Assembly (NCBI GenBank): GCA_963662655.2
Contig: CAXXTU010000002.1
Location: forward strand, 3,520,001-3,584,000
DNA: 64,000 bases
Origin: Candidatus Cloacimonadales bacterium
GTDB lineage: Bacteria; Cloacimonadota; Cloacimonadia; Cloacimonadales; JAIOQZ01
Direction of reading: 5' to 3'
The notes beneath the pieces were generated by a model. The model was given only the letters and a program-made list of their open reading frames with translations. It was not told the DNA's origin and did not search any database. Below are positions 1-9,636 of the stretch, piece by piece (positions within the stretch are counted from its first letter, which is position 1; the number at the start of each line of letters is the position of its first letter). The position numbers and the translations under genes are program-made.

Positions 1-324
1 AACGTAATCGGCGATGTGGAAGGGAAAACGGCGATCCTCTTCGACGACATCGTGGATACGGCAGGCAGCCTTACAAAGATCGCGCACGGGCTGAAGGACT
101 TCGGCGCCAAGACGATCTACGCTGCATGCGCGCACGGAGTACTCTCCGGCAAAGCGATCGAGAACATCGAAAAATCGCCGATTGAAAAGCTCTTTATCAC
201 CAATACGGTGCCACTGGGCGAAAAGAAAAGCAATAAAATTGTACAGCTTTCGATTGCCGAATTGCTGGCAATTGCGATAAAAAAGATTCATATCGAAGAA
301 TCGATCAGTATTTTATTTCGATAA
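1..324 (+). CDS. prs: Ribose-phosphate pyrophosphokinase, C-terminal part (5' truncated by window)
   Basis: Frame is open from base 1 (NVIGDVEGK...). PRPP-binding motif ILFDDIVDTAGS, HGVLSG, and C-terminal ESISILF. Lies upstream of rplY-pth as usual. Confidence 0.97.
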   Translation, partial: NVIGDVEGKTAILFDDIVDTAGSLTKIAHGLKDFGAKTIYAACAHGVLSGKAIENIEKSPIEKLFITNTVPLGEKKSNKIVQLSIAELLAIAIKKIHIEESISILFR

Positions 325-339
325 GAAGCGGAGGAAGCT

Positions 340-951
340 ATGAATTTGAATATCCAGGCTCAAAAAAGAGAACTTGGTAAAAAATCGGATCTCAATAAAT
401 TGCGCAGAGACGGATTCGTTCCGGCAGTTGTTTATGGCGAAGGCAAGGAAGGGAAGCCGATTTTCTTGAACTACAGAGAGTTCTTTAACATGTACAAACA
501 AAGTATCGGCCACATGGCGTTCTTTGTTCTTGAAGTCGAAGGCGAAAAAGTTCGCACGATTTTAAAAGACAAACAGATTCACCCGGTGACTCGCCAGATC
601 ATTCACATCGATTTTCAGGAACTTCACGCCGGTAAGGAAATCATTATCGACGTTCCGTTGAACTTCGAAGGTGAAGCCCCAGGAATCAAAGAGGGCGGTA
701 TGCTCGATATCCAGCTTCGTCACATTTCATGCAGCAGCCTTCCCAAGAACATCAAGGACGATATCGTTGTCGACCTTACCGTGCTTGGCGTGGGCGATGT
801 CATTACTGTGGGCGATCTCGATCTCGGTGAAATGACCAGCCGTGCTGCGGAAGAACTGGCTGTTGCTTCCGTGCACCTGCCGCGTGCTGCAAAAGCTGCT
901 GACGGTGGCGAAGAAGAAGGCGAAGAAGCCGGAGAAGAAGCCGACGAATAA
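340..951 (+). CDS. rplY: 50S ribosomal protein L25/Ctc (long form)
   Basis: LRRDGFVPAVVYG, QIHPVTRQIIHIDF, acidic tail. RBS GGAGG. Confidence 0.97.
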   Translation: MNLNIQAQKRELGKKSDLNKLRRDGFVPAVVYGEGKEGKPIFLNYREFFNMYKQSIGHMAFFVLEVEGEKVRTILKDKQIHPVTRQIIHIDFQELHAGKEIIIDVPLNFEGEAPGIKEGGMLDIQLRHISCSSLPKNIKDDIVVDLTVLGVGDVITVGDLDLGEMTSRAAEELAVASVHLPRAAKAADGGEEEGEEAGEEADE

Positions 952-1547
952 TGAAGTTAGTCGTTGGGCTTGGGAACCCGGGAGATGAATACCGGTCGAC
1001 CAGGCATAATATAGGATTTTTGATCATTGACGAGTTTGCAAAACGGAACGGAATCAGGTTCGGCAACGGAGTCGATCACGAGTTCGGAAGATATCGCGAT
1101 CTATATATCATTAAGCCGTTGCTATACATGAATCGGAGCGGGATTGTCAGCGCAAAGGTGGCGAGCCGCAAAGATTTCGACGACATCCTGGTGGTCTTCG
1201 ACGACGTTAACCTGCCGCTTGGCGAAGTGCGGCTTCGTACGCGCGGTGGAGACGGAGGTCACAACGGGGTGGCAAACCTGATTCAAATGCACGGAACGGA
1301 TGAATTCAACCGTATGCGTATCGGCATCGGCGGCCCCAAAGGGAAAGCGCTGCAAAGATACGTGCTGGAGAAATTCCACGAAGACGAGGCCCGGCAGCTG
1401 GAGGAGACAATCGGCCTCTGCTGCGACCTTCTCGATATCTACGCGCGAGATTCGTTCAAGCATGTTTTAGATAAATTCAGTAGAATAAAAAGATCCTATT
1501 CTGAAGAAAATCTTCAGGATCATCAGACCAAAGGAGGAAATGAATGA
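951..1547 (+). CDS. pth: Peptidyl-tRNA hydrolase
   Basis: MKLVVGLGNPG, TRHNIGF, YMNRSG, GGHNG motifs. Confidence 0.97.
   Translation: MKLVVGLGNPGDEYRSTRHNIGFLIIDEFAKRNGIRFGNGVDHEFGRYRDLYIIKPLLYMNRSGIVSAKVASRKDFDDILVVFDDVNLPLGEVRLRTRGGDGGHNGVANLIQMHGTDEFNRMRIGIGGPKGKALQRYVLEKFHEDEARQLEETIGLCCDLLDIYARDSFKHVLDKFSRIKRSYSEENLQDHQTKGGNE
1492..1540 (+). promoter_or_regulatory. Putative S6:S18 ribosomal protein leader embedded in the pth 3' end
   Basis: TCCT (anti-SD), then hairpin CTGAAGA-AAA-TCTTCAG, then AGACCAAAGGAGG (rpsF SD). Same layout as known rpsF leaders. Confidence 0.55.
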
Positions 1548-1831
1548 GAAAGTACGAGAGTATGCTCGTGTTTGACCCCGAGCTTACCGAAGATCAGGCC
1601 GTGAAAGAGAATCAGACCTTTTTAGACCTGGTCAAAGAAGAGGGCGGAGAAATCGTTGAAACCGCGAAATGGGGAAAACGTAAGCTCGCCTACGAGATTA
1701 AGAAAAAACGTGAGGGTTATTACTTCGTAAACAATTATCAGTTTGACCCCACCAAGATCGAAGAACTTGAAAGACACCTTCGCATCAGCGAACCGGTTCT
1801 CCGCTATAACATCCTTTCTGAAAACGATTAG
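1544..1831 (+). CDS. rpsF: 30S ribosomal protein S6
   Basis: MRKYESM, WGKRKLAYEIKKKREGYY. Confidence 0.98.
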   Translation: MRKYESMLVFDPELTEDQAVKENQTFLDLVKEEGGEIVETAKWGKRKLAYEIKKKREGYYFVNNYQFDPTKIEELERHLRISEPVLRYNILSEND

Positions 1832-1839
1832 GAGTTAAC

Positions 1840-2277
1840 ATGGCAGGCGATTTACGGTTACCTCAAGTCAATACCATTGTCATTGCCGGGCGGATTACCC
1901 GGGAAGTTGAACTTCGTTATACTCAAGGCGGAACACCGGTTGCAGGCATGTCGCTCGCTTTCAGTCGTTACTACAGGGACCAGGCAGGAGAGGGGCACGA
2001 AGAGTCCCACTTCATCGACGTGGTTGCCTGGTCGAAGCTGGCTGAGCGTTGCGCTGCCGAACTCCACAAGGGAAGTCCGATTCTCGTAGAAGGAAGATTG
2101 CAGACGCGCAATTGGGTTGATAAAAACAATCAGAACCGTAAAAGCGTTGAAATCCAGGCGAACAACATCCACTTTCTCGAGTGGGGGAATCGCTCGGGTA
2201 ACGACTACCAGCCGCCTGTCAATCAGCGTGAAGAAATGCCGCAATCCGATGTAACGGATGACGATGTTCCATTTTAA
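1840..2277 (+). CDS. ssb: Single-stranded DNA-binding protein
   Basis: OB-fold motifs ELRYTQGG and [11 protein letters not shown]-terminal DDDVPF. Between rpsF and rpsR. Confidence 0.98.
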   Translation: MAGDLRLPQVNTIVIAGRITREVELRYTQGGTPVAGMSLAFSRYYRDQAGEGHEESHFIDVVAWSKLAERCAAELHKGSPILVEGRLQTRNWVDKNNQNRKSVEIQANNIHFLEWGNRSGNDYQPPVNQREEMPQSDVTDDDVPF

Positions 2278-2294
2278 ATCAAGGAGTAACAAAC

Positions 2295-2528
2295 ATGCGT
2301 AAATTTGACTCGAGAAAGAAGTTCAGAAAGAAATACTGCAAATTCTGTTCAAAGCCGGATCTGGTAATTGATTACAAGAATATAGATTCACTCAAGTACT
2401 ACGTTGCGGAATCTGGCAAAATCGAACCTACGCGCATCACAGGAACCTGTGCCAAGCACCAGAGAAAACTGGTCCGGGAAATCAAGAAAGCCCGTCAGAT
2501 GGCGCTGCTTCCTTACCGTGCGCTGTAA
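2295..2528 (+). CDS. rpsR: 30S ribosomal protein S18 (Zn-binding C+ type)
   Basis: CKFC...IDYK...[11 protein letters not shown]...ARQMALLPY. Confidence 0.98.
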   Translation: MRKFDSRKKFRKKYCKFCSKPDLVIDYKNIDSLKYYVAESGKIEPTRITGTCAKHQRKLVREIKKARQMALLPYRAL

Positions 2529-2555
2529 TGATATCGTAACAGGTGATTACCATCC

Positions 2556-3446
2556 GTGGTTAGCCTGATTTTACAACCGGTTGCTGCGGCGATTCTTTCG
2601 CTGATCTCCCCGGCGCTGGGTTTGATCTTTTTAACTGGAATATGTGGCAAAAACATGATTCTCGGTCGTGTGAACACCGGAATCCTCTACGCGGCGTACA
2701 TTGTGCTGATCGCGGGAATGTGGATATCCGGCGCGATCGAAGTGAGTGACGCTGCGGACACGATACTCGGCGTAGCGGGAACATCCTTCTTGTTCCTGTA
2801 CATCCTGGTCCGGTTTCGCAGCTACCTGCAAGCGCTGCTCTACGCAGCCGGGTGGATTGCGGTCTACACAAGCGGAAAGGCGTTGCTGTTCGGCAAATAT
2901 TATCATGAGATGATATCCGGAAGCTTCGATGTCTTCATGAATCTGATCAAGGAGGGTGATTACACCCAGGAGCAGATGCAGGCGATTATCGATTTCTGGA
3001 CGAACTTCAAGGCGTTCTTCCTGAGCTACTATCCCTCGGTGTGGATACTTACCATGATTATCGGTGTCTATCTGGGCGCGTTGATCCTTTCAAGAAGGAT
3101 CAACATGAGCTGGGTTCACAAGCGACTGAGAATGCCTTTCCCCCTGGTCTTCCTGCTTATCGCCGGGCTGGTGATGTTCCTCATCCCACAGGCGAAGATC
3201 ATCGGCGGGAATGTCCTGATCGCATTGGCGGGACTTTTCCTGATCGAGGGGGCGGCAATACTCGATTTCTACTGGGGCAAGATGTTCCGGGAATCGAGGG
3301 TCTTATCGTTCATTCTCATCTTCGCGATACTCCTCAACTCCTATATGTTGGGCCTGATCGTGCTGATGGGTATCTTCGATATGTGGTTTGATTTTCGTAA
3401 AATTACAAAATTGGAGGAAATAGATGAAGGTCATTCTGATGACTGA
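2556..3446 (+). CDS. DUF2232/YybS-family membrane protein
   Basis: Multi-TM protein ending GIFDMWFDFRK. Conserved position between rpsR and rplI. Confidence 0.8.
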   Translation: MVSLILQPVAAAILSLISPALGLIFLTGICGKNMILGRVNTGILYAAYIVLIAGMWISGAIEVSDAADTILGVAGTSFLFLYILVRFRSYLQALLYAAGWIAVYTSGKALLFGKYYHEMISGSFDVFMNLIKEGDYTQEQMQAIIDFWTNFKAFFLSYYPSVWILTMIIGVYLGALILSRRINMSWVHKRLRMPFPLVFLLIAGLVMFLIPQAKIIGGNVLIALAGLFLIEGAAILDFYWGKMFRESRVLSFILIFAILLNSYMLGLIVLMGIFDMWFDFRKITKLEEIDEGHSDD

Positions 3447-3894
3447 CGTAGAGAAAACCGGCTCTGCCGGCGATCTTATCAAAGTGAAAGACGGTTTCGC
3501 ACGAAACTACCTTCTCCCCAAGGGCTTTGCCGTTGTGGCAACAGCCGGAAACATGAAACGGATCGGAGCGATCAAAGAAAAAGCTGAGGCCGAACGCCTG
3601 AAAAAGCTGGACGAGTTGAAGGCGTTTGCCAAAACTTTGGAAAATGTGGAAATTCGCTTCCTCCGAAAAGCGGACGAGAACGGTCACCTGTTCGGTTCCG
3701 TTTCTGAAGTGGACATCGTTCATGAACTCGAGAAGAAAGAATTGAATATCCACAAGGCCATGATTCAGATGGATAAGCACTTCAAGGAAACCGGTGAATT
3801 TACGGTCAACGTCAAATTCTCGGCTGAAGTTGTCGCCAAGCTGAAAGTGTTCGTGGAAGTGGAAAAAGAAGAGGAAGCGGAAATCAACGAATAG
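3424..3894 (+). CDS. rplI: 50S ribosomal protein L9
   Basis: MKVIL...VKDGFARNYLLPKG, GHLFGSV. Confidence 0.98.
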   Translation: MKVILMTDVEKTGSAGDLIKVKDGFARNYLLPKGFAVVATAGNMKRIGAIKEKAEAERLKKLDELKAFAKTLENVEIRFLRKADENGHLFGSVSEVDIVHELEKKELNIHKAMIQMDKHFKETGEFTVNVKFSAEVVAKLKVFVEVEKEEEAEINE

Positions 3895-3903
3895 GAGGTT
3901 GAT

Positions 3904-4473
3904 TTGAAACAGCAACTAATGACGGTGGTCAATGTAATTGGTTGGATTATCCTGTTATTTTGCTTTGCATCGATCGGATTTTCATCCAGCAATCCCAAGA
4001 TAATGATCCCGGCCTATCTAACCTTCTTCGTTCTGGTATTTGGCGGCGTTCTGCTCTATGTCAAAAAACATCAGCGTCGAAGAGAAGTGAATCCCGAGAC
4101 AAAGCACATGATCAATATCATCCTCGGCACCGCGTTGCTGGTGGTGAGTTTGTATGTGCCTGTACGTATGTTCAATACGCTTTTCCCGGGACTCCTAAAT
4201 TTCGGATACGGCGCGATCACGGTAATCGTCTCGGCGGTTTTGGTTGCGTTGGGTATCCTCGGAGTACGCCTGATCAATAATTCGCGCGGCGCAAGCTTCA
4301 TTATGGGGCTTCTCGGCTATGTCGTGTTGATCGTTCTGGCTGTGGTTCCCGCTGCGGTTATCATGCAGTTCGATACGAGCTACAGCTCGCTTGGCGTTGC
4401 GTACTACACCGCGTTGGTGCTCGCTATTCTCTCCTGGTGGGGGATATCGCTAATCAGCGCAAAAACTGAATAG
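3904..4473 (+). CDS. Hypothetical membrane protein (~6 TM)
   Basis: TTG start with AGGAGG RBS, about six hydrophobic segments, fills the gap between rplI and dciA. Confidence 0.8.
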   Translation: MKQQLMTVVNVIGWIILLFCFASIGFSSSNPKIMIPAYLTFFVLVFGGVLLYVKKHQRRREVNPETKHMINIILGTALLVVSLYVPVRMFNTLFPGLLNFGYGAITVIVSAVLVALGILGVRLINNSRGASFIMGLLGYVVLIVLAVVPAAVIMQFDTSYSSLGVAYYTALVLAILSWWGISLISAKTE

Positions 4474-4476
4474 GTC

Positions 4477-4782
4477 ATGGGTGTTGTCCGGGCTGGGAGC
4501 GCGATCGATGAGCTTCTCTACTGGCTCGCTGGAGAAGAGAACAGGGACTTCATGACCCTGTGCCTCCAGTGGAAAAAGCTGGTGGGAGAGCTGATTGCGG
4601 ATCGCAGCTTCGTGCAACGTTTCGAGAATGGTAATCTCCATATTGGTGTAGAAAATAGTGTCTGGATGCAAGAACTCGTCCTCAATCGCGTCAGGCTGCT
4701 GGAGCAGTTGAACCAGTTGCCGGACATCGAAGTAAAGGAGCTTGTGTTCTTTATCAGGAGCCAAAAGCGGATCAATGGTTAA
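4477..4782 (+). CDS. dciA: DciA/DUF721 family replicative helicase loader
   Basis: WKKLVGELIA...FENGNLHIGVENSVWMQEL...LLEQLN pattern typical of DUF721. Confidence 0.8.
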   Translation: MGVVRAGSAIDELLYWLAGEENRDFMTLCLQWKKLVGELIADRSFVQRFENGNLHIGVENSVWMQELVLNRVRLLEQLNQLPDIEVKELVFFIRSQKRING

Positions 4783-5428
4783 AATAGCGCCTTCCATTCT
4801 TTCGGCCGATTTCATGCGGCTGGGAGATGAGATACAAGCTGTCGAACAGGCAGGAGCGGATATCATCCATCTGGATGTCATGGATGGGCATTTTGTGCCT
4901 AACCTGACATTCGGCATGCCGATCATCCGGCAAATCGCAGGTATCGCCTCGAAGCCGCTCGACGCGCACTTGATGGTAACCAACCCGCAAGACTATTTTC
5001 AACCCCTCTCGGAAGCAGGCCTCAGCTACGTGTCGTTTCATCCCGAAACGGTCTATCATGTCCACCGCGAGGTGGGCAAGATACGCGAGCTGGGAATGAA
5101 GGCGGGACTCGCCCTCAACCCTGCGAAACCCGTGCAAGATATCTTCCCGATTCTGAACGAATTGGATTTCGTGCTCTTTATGAGTGTTAACCCTGGATTC
5201 GGCGGACAGAGCTTTCTTCCGCTGGTCTACGATAAAATAAAGGCTTTGAGAGAAGAGGTCGCCCGGTGCGGCGCGGAGCTGGAGATCGAGATCGACGGCG
5301 GCGTGACGCACGAGAACATCGGCGAGCTTGCGAAGGCAGGCGTAACCATGTTCGTGGCGGGTTCCTACATCTTCAAGGCGGATCGCTATGAAAAACAGAT
5401 TGAGAGGCTTCGATGTTCGGTGAACTGA
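4775..5428 (+). CDS. rpe: Ribulose-phosphate 3-epimerase
   Basis: IAPSILSADF, HLDVMDGHFVPNLTFG, MSVNPGFGGQ, IDGG. True start is the ATG at 4775. Confidence 0.97.
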   Translation: MVKIAPSILSADFMRLGDEIQAVEQAGADIIHLDVMDGHFVPNLTFGMPIIRQIAGIASKPLDAHLMVTNPQDYFQPLSEAGLSYVSFHPETVYHVHREVGKIRELGMKAGLALNPAKPVQDIFPILNELDFVLFMSVNPGFGGQSFLPLVYDKIKALREEVARCGAELEIEIDGGVTHENIGELAKAGVTMFVAGSYIFKADRYEKQIERLRCSVN

Positions 5429-6735
5429 GTGAACGGTTAGACGGGATATTCAAGAAAATGCGCGGTTATGGAAAACTGACCGAGAGCAATATCAAGGAAT
5501 CCCTGCGCGAAGTTCGACGTGCGCTTTTGGAAGCGGACGTGAACTTCAAGATCGTGAAGCAGTTTGTCACGGACGTCCAGGAACGGGCTGTCGGTCAAGA
5601 GGTGATGAAGAGCCTCGTGCCCGGTCAGCAGGTCGTTAAGATCGTTCATGAAGAGCTGATACGGCTCATGGGCGACAAGATCGTGAAGATCCAGCTTCAA
5701 ACCAACCGCATCAACAAGATTATGCTGGTGGGTTTGCAGGGATCCGGTAAAACGACCGCGTGCTCCAAGCTGGCCTCCTTCTACCGGAAAAAAGGCAATA
5801 CACCCGCTCTGGCGGCTTGCGACATCTACCGTCCGGCCGCAATTCACCAACTTCAGGTCCTTGGAAAACAGCTCGACATACCCGTTATAGCAGAGGACAC
5901 GAAGGACGTGGTGAAGATCGCGAAGAAGGCGGTTCAGTACGCGGATCAGAACATGATCAATCTTCTGATCTTCGATACGGCGGGACGGCTTCACATCGAT
6001 GAGAAGATGATGTTCGAACTGGAGGAGCTCAAGGGCTTCCTGCAGCCGGATTACATCTTCTTCGTTGCAGATGCGATGACCGGACAGGACGCGGTGACCG
6101 TTGCGCGCGAGTTCAACGATCGCTTGGCCTTTGACGGAGTGATCCTGACCAAGATGGATGGCGATGCGCGCGGCGGCGCGGCGCTTTCGATCAAATCCGT
6201 TACAGGTAAGCCTGTTGTCTTCGTGGGGACAGGCGAGAAAACCAGTGATCTGGAGGAATTCTATCCCGACAGGATGGCTTCCCGCATACTGGGAATGGGA
6301 GACGTGCTCAGCCTGATCGAGAAGGCCGAGAAGGCGATCGATCAGGAACAGGCTGAGAAGCTCGCCTCGCGGTTGAAGAAAAACCAGTTCACCTTCGATG
6401 ATTTCCTGGAACAGATCCAGCAGGTTCGCAACATGGGCCCCTTGGATCAGATTCTGGGTATGATGCCCGGCGTAAACAAAGGGATGCTTAAGAATGTTAA
6501 AGTGGATGAAAAAGACTTGAAGCGAATCGAGGCGATCATCTACTCCATGACACCGGATGAGCGGGACCGTCCTGACATGATCGGAGGCAGCCGCAGAAAG
6601 CGCATAGCGCAAGGAAGCGGCACCACGGTGCAGGACATTAACCGCTTGCTTAAGCAGTTTGAACAAATGAAGAAAATGATAAAAAACTTCAGTAATCCTA
6701 AAGCCGGTAAGCGTATGTTTAATATGCCTTTTTAA
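5413..6735 (+). CDS. ffh: Signal recognition particle protein
   Basis: GLQGSGKTT, DTAGR, TKMDGDARGG, M-domain SRRKRIAQGSG. Confidence 0.99.
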   Translation: MFGELSERLDGIFKKMRGYGKLTESNIKESLREVRRALLEADVNFKIVKQFVTDVQERAVGQEVMKSLVPGQQVVKIVHEELIRLMGDKIVKIQLQTNRINKIMLVGLQGSGKTTACSKLASFYRKKGNTPALAACDIYRPAAIHQLQVLGKQLDIPVIAEDTKDVVKIAKKAVQYADQNMINLLIFDTAGRLHIDEKMMFELEELKGFLQPDYIFFVADAMTGQDAVTVAREFNDRLAFDGVILTKMDGDARGGAALSIKSVTGKPVVFVGTGEKTSDLEEFYPDRMASRILGMGDVLSLIEKAEKAIDQEQAEKLASRLKKNQFTFDDFLEQIQQVRNMGPLDQILGMMPGVNKGMLKNVKVDEKDLKRIEAIIYSMTPDERDRPDMIGGSRRKRIAQGSGTTVQDINRLLKQFEQMKKMIKNFSNPKAGKRMFNMPF

Positions 6736-6805
6736 AAAATACTTGACTAAAAGACTGAAACGCAAAAAGTTTAGAGTCTAAATTTACTGTGAAAAAGAGG
6801 ACAAA

Positions 6806-7138
6806 ATGGTAAAACTTAGATTGAGAAGAATGGGATCGAAAAATAGCCCGTTCTATCGCATCGTTGCGGTTGATTCGAGACTGAAACGCGACGGAAAGTA
6901 TCTCGAGAATATCGGACACTACGATCCGAAGACAGAGCCTTTTACATTAAAGATAGATACAGAAAAAGCAATCAAATGGCTCAGCGTGGGCGCTCAACCG
7001 TCCGAGACGGTTCGTTCGTTTTTCAAGAAAGCCGGAATTCTGCAGAAATGGCACGAAATGCGGCACGCGAAAGATGACGCTGCTCCTGCGCAAGAGGTTG
7101 TCTCAGAAAATGCAGCAGAAGAAGGAGAGAAGGAATGA
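6806..7138 (+). CDS. rpsP: 30S ribosomal protein S16
   Basis: MVKLRLRRMG...PFYRIVAVDSR...GAQPSETV. Confidence 0.98.
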   Translation: MVKLRLRRMGSKNSPFYRIVAVDSRLKRDGKYLENIGHYDPKTEPFTLKIDTEKAIKWLSVGAQPSETVRSFFKKAGILQKWHEMRHAKDDAAPAQEVVSENAAEEGEKE

Positions 7139-7365
7139 GAGATTTGATCGAGTACGTGGTAAAGGCACTCGTCGATGATCCCAGCGAAGTCGATATCAAG
7201 GAAATCGCTGGCGACAAGATCACCCTTTACGAACTTCGCGTAGCAAAAGCGGACATCGGTAAAGTGATCGGCAAGAGGGGAAGAACTGCCGGCGCTATCC
7301 GCACGATTCTCAATGCAGTTTCTACCAAGCAAGGAAAGAGAGCAGAGCTGGAAATCATCGAGTAA
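7135..7365 (+). CDS. khpA: KH-domain RNA-binding protein KhpA
   Basis: DIGKVIGKRGRTAGAIRT. Located between rpsP and rimM. Confidence 0.93.
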   Translation: MRDLIEYVVKALVDDPSEVDIKEIAGDKITLYELRVAKADIGKVIGKRGRTAGAIRTILNAVSTKQGKRAELEIIE

Positions 7366-7871
7366 TGCAGCTTTCCGATTTGATCCCGGTTGGAACGCTG
7401 GGTTTTCGGGTCGAAGAAAATGAATATGTTCAGTTCCGCCCGGGAAAAGGATTTCGACCCGGATTCCTGCAATCGCAGGATATCTTTCTGATCTTTCCAG
7501 ATCATAGCGTGATTTTGACAACGGTTGTTGATCAGGCTGAAATGAACGGGAAGATCCTTGTCCGGTTCAAGGACACGGATCTATCCCAGGATATCCAGCA
7601 GAAGAAGCGTATTACGGTTGCGCTTGCACCCGAGAAGATTCAACGAATTTCGGGTGAAGATTTTGACGATCCCGTCGATAAAAAAGTGTATCATCGAGGT
7701 GAGGTCATTGGTGTGGTCGTGGATTGGTTCGAACAATCCGACCATCTGGTGCTCACCGTGGAAAAAGAGGATGGTTCGCAGTTCATGTTTCCCGACGTTG
7801 AGCAGTACGTTGAACGGGAGGATCATGAGGCGATCCACGCGCGGAACCTCGATGAGTTGATGGATCTATGA
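7365..7871 (+). CDS. rimM: 16S rRNA processing protein RimM (divergent)
   Basis: Canonical position before trmD and expected size. C-terminal PRC-barrel-like segment (GEVIGVVVD...LVLTV...FMFPDV..YV). Confidence 0.75.
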   Translation: MQLSDLIPVGTLGFRVEENEYVQFRPGKGFRPGFLQSQDIFLIFPDHSVILTTVVDQAEMNGKILVRFKDTDLSQDIQQKKRITVALAPEKIQRISGEDFDDPVDKKVYHRGEVIGVVVDWFEQSDHLVLTVEKEDGSQFMFPDVEQYVEREDHEAIHARNLDELMDL

Positions 7872-8545
7872 GGATCGATGTGTTAACGTTGTTCCCCGGG
7901 ATATTTCCGGATATTCTGGGAGAGAGTATTACGGGCATCGCCATTCGCAACGAGGCGATCGATGTCCGGCTTGTCGACATTCGAGACTTTGCGTTCAACA
8001 AGCACCGCACTACGGACGACTATCCGTACGGCGGTGGCGCCGGGATGGTGATGAAACCGGAACCGGTGCACGAGGCGTTGACGTATCTGGAAGTCGGGGA
8101 GGGGACTCCGGTGGTGTACTTCACGCCGCAGGGACGCCTCTTGAAACAGGATGTTGTGCAGGAATACTGTGGAACCGAGCGCATTGTAATGATCTGCGGT
8201 CATTACAAAGAGCTGGATCAGCGCATTCGCGACCGGTGGGTAACCGATGAGTTGTCCATCGGAGATTACGTGCTATCGGGTGGGGAATTGCCGGCATTGG
8301 TGATGATCGATGCGCTGGCGAGGCTTCAGGACGGCGTCTTGAACGATCTTGATTCAGCGCTGACGGATTCCCACCAGAAAGGTCTGCTCGGATGTGCGCA
8401 TTATACGCGACCGCCCGTTTTCGAGGGGATGAAGGTGCCGGACGTTCTGCTTTCCGGTAATCACGCCTTTATCGAGAAGTGGCGCGAAGAGGATTCGCTA
8501 AGAAGGACGCGCGAAGTGCGTCCGGAGCTACTGGACAGCCAATGA
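7868..8545 (+). CDS. trmD: tRNA (guanine37-N1)-methyltransferase
   Basis: DDYPYGGGAGMVMKPEP, SIGDYVLSGGELPA, YTRP, VPDVLLSGNH. Confidence 0.98.
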   Translation: MRIDVLTLFPGIFPDILGESITGIAIRNEAIDVRLVDIRDFAFNKHRTTDDYPYGGGAGMVMKPEPVHEALTYLEVGEGTPVVYFTPQGRLLKQDVVQEYCGTERIVMICGHYKELDQRIRDRWVTDELSIGDYVLSGGELPALVMIDALARLQDGVLNDLDSALTDSHQKGLLGCAHYTRPPVFEGMKVPDVLLSGNHAFIEKWREEDSLRRTREVRPELLDSQ

Positions 8546-9099
8546 TCGAACGATTGTATGTGGGATTGGTTCACCATCCCGTATATAACCGCCACAACGA
8601 GGTGGTTACTACGTCGGTGACCAACCTTGATTTGCATGATATACCGCGCTCATGTGTAACGTATGGCGTCAAAGGTTTTTATGTCGTTACACCGCTTGAG
8701 TCGCAGCACGAGATGTTCCGGCGAATAACCGGATTCTGGGACAGCCAGACCGGTCGGGAGTACAATCCGCACCGCTCGGAAGCGCTTTCGATCATGCGTT
8801 TCAGCCACTCGATCGAAGAAACCGTAGATTTGATAAGAAAACAGGAAGGAGTCTCTCCGACTCTTGTTACAACGACAGCAGTCAAGCGAAACGACCAGAT
8901 AGGATTCGGTGAACTGAGATCACTGGAATCCGAAGCTCCGATTTTGCTTCTTTTTGGAACAGGCAATGGGCTCATCGAAGAAGTTCATCAACACGCCCGT
9001 TACGTTTTAGAGCCGATTCGGGGGATGACAGGTTATAATCATCTTTCTGTACGGAGCGCTGCTGCAATCGTACTGGACAGGCTTTCTTCCGAAAAATAA
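8542..9099 (+). CDS. SPOUT-type RNA methyltransferase (DUF2168 / Methyltrn_RNA_4 family)
   Basis: [47 protein letters not shown] overlap with trmD. Confidence 0.88.
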   Translation: MIERLYVGLVHHPVYNRHNEVVTTSVTNLDLHDIPRSCVTYGVKGFYVVTPLESQHEMFRRITGFWDSQTGREYNPHRSEALSIMRFSHSIEETVDLIRKQEGVSPTLVTTTAVKRNDQIGFGELRSLESEAPILLLFGTGNGLIEEVHQHARYVLEPIRGMTGYNHLSVRSAAAIVLDRLSSEK

Positions 9100-9109
9100 A
9101 GGAGGAATC

Positions 9110-9457
9110 ATGGACATTGTTTATGCAGCCATGAAATCGCAAATTCGCACCGATCACCCCGAATTTCGCGTGGGTGACACCGTTAAAGTTCACTATAAGA
9201 TTAAAGAAGGAAGCAAGGAACGTATTCAGGTCTTCCAGGGTATAGTTATCCAGAAACGCGGAATGGGCGTTTCGAAGACCTTTACCGTTCGCAAAATCAG
9301 CAACGGAGTCGCTGTAGAACGCGTATTCCCGCTGAGTTCACCTCTTATCGATAAAATCGATGTTGTCCGGTTCGGTCATGTCCGCCGGGCAAAACTCTTC
9401 TACCTTCGTCGCGTGAAAGGTAAAGCGGCAAGGGTCAAAGAGAAAAAACGCTACTAA
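9110..9457 (+). CDS. rplS: 50S ribosomal protein L19
   Basis: [29 protein letters not shown]. Confidence 0.98.
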   Translation: MDIVYAAMKSQIRTDHPEFRVGDTVKVHYKIKEGSKERIQVFQGIVIQKRGMGVSKTFTVRKISNGVAVERVFPLSSPLIDKIDVVRFGHVRRAKLFYLRRVKGKAARVKEKKRY

Positions 9458-9465
9458 AAGCTTAT

Positions 9466-9495
9466 AAAGGGAGCCCTATCGGCTCCCTTTTTTTT
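9466..9495 (+). terminator. Intrinsic terminator after rplS
   Basis: AAAGGGAGCC-ctatc-GGCTCCCTTT followed by a T run. Confidence 0.9.
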
Positions 9496-9606
9496 GTGCC
9501 GGGAATCCTTGGGTGAGCCCTCAACCGCGGCGGGGCGCTCCCCCCAGGATTTACCGGGGAAAGAAAACTCCCAGCCGGAGCACATCACTCCCAACATGAA
9601 TATTCA

Positions 9607-9636
9607 TTGACGAAATCCCGTTCGCCGCGATAAAAT
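9607..9636 (+). promoter_or_regulatory. Sigma70-type promoter for the alpha-2-macroglobulin gene
   Basis: TTGACG-N18-TAAAAT. Confidence 0.6.

Noticed and set aside
5437..6765. 442-aa antisense ORF over ffh (similar long ones lie over A2M, pyrC, pyrD, dnaE and priA)
   Set aside because: Shadow ORFs produced by codon bias on the coding strand. They mirror known genes and have no recognisable motifs.
9499..9557. Possible SRP (4.5S) RNA near ffh
   Set aside because: Lacks the conserved CAGG...GGAA...AGCAG helix-8 motif.
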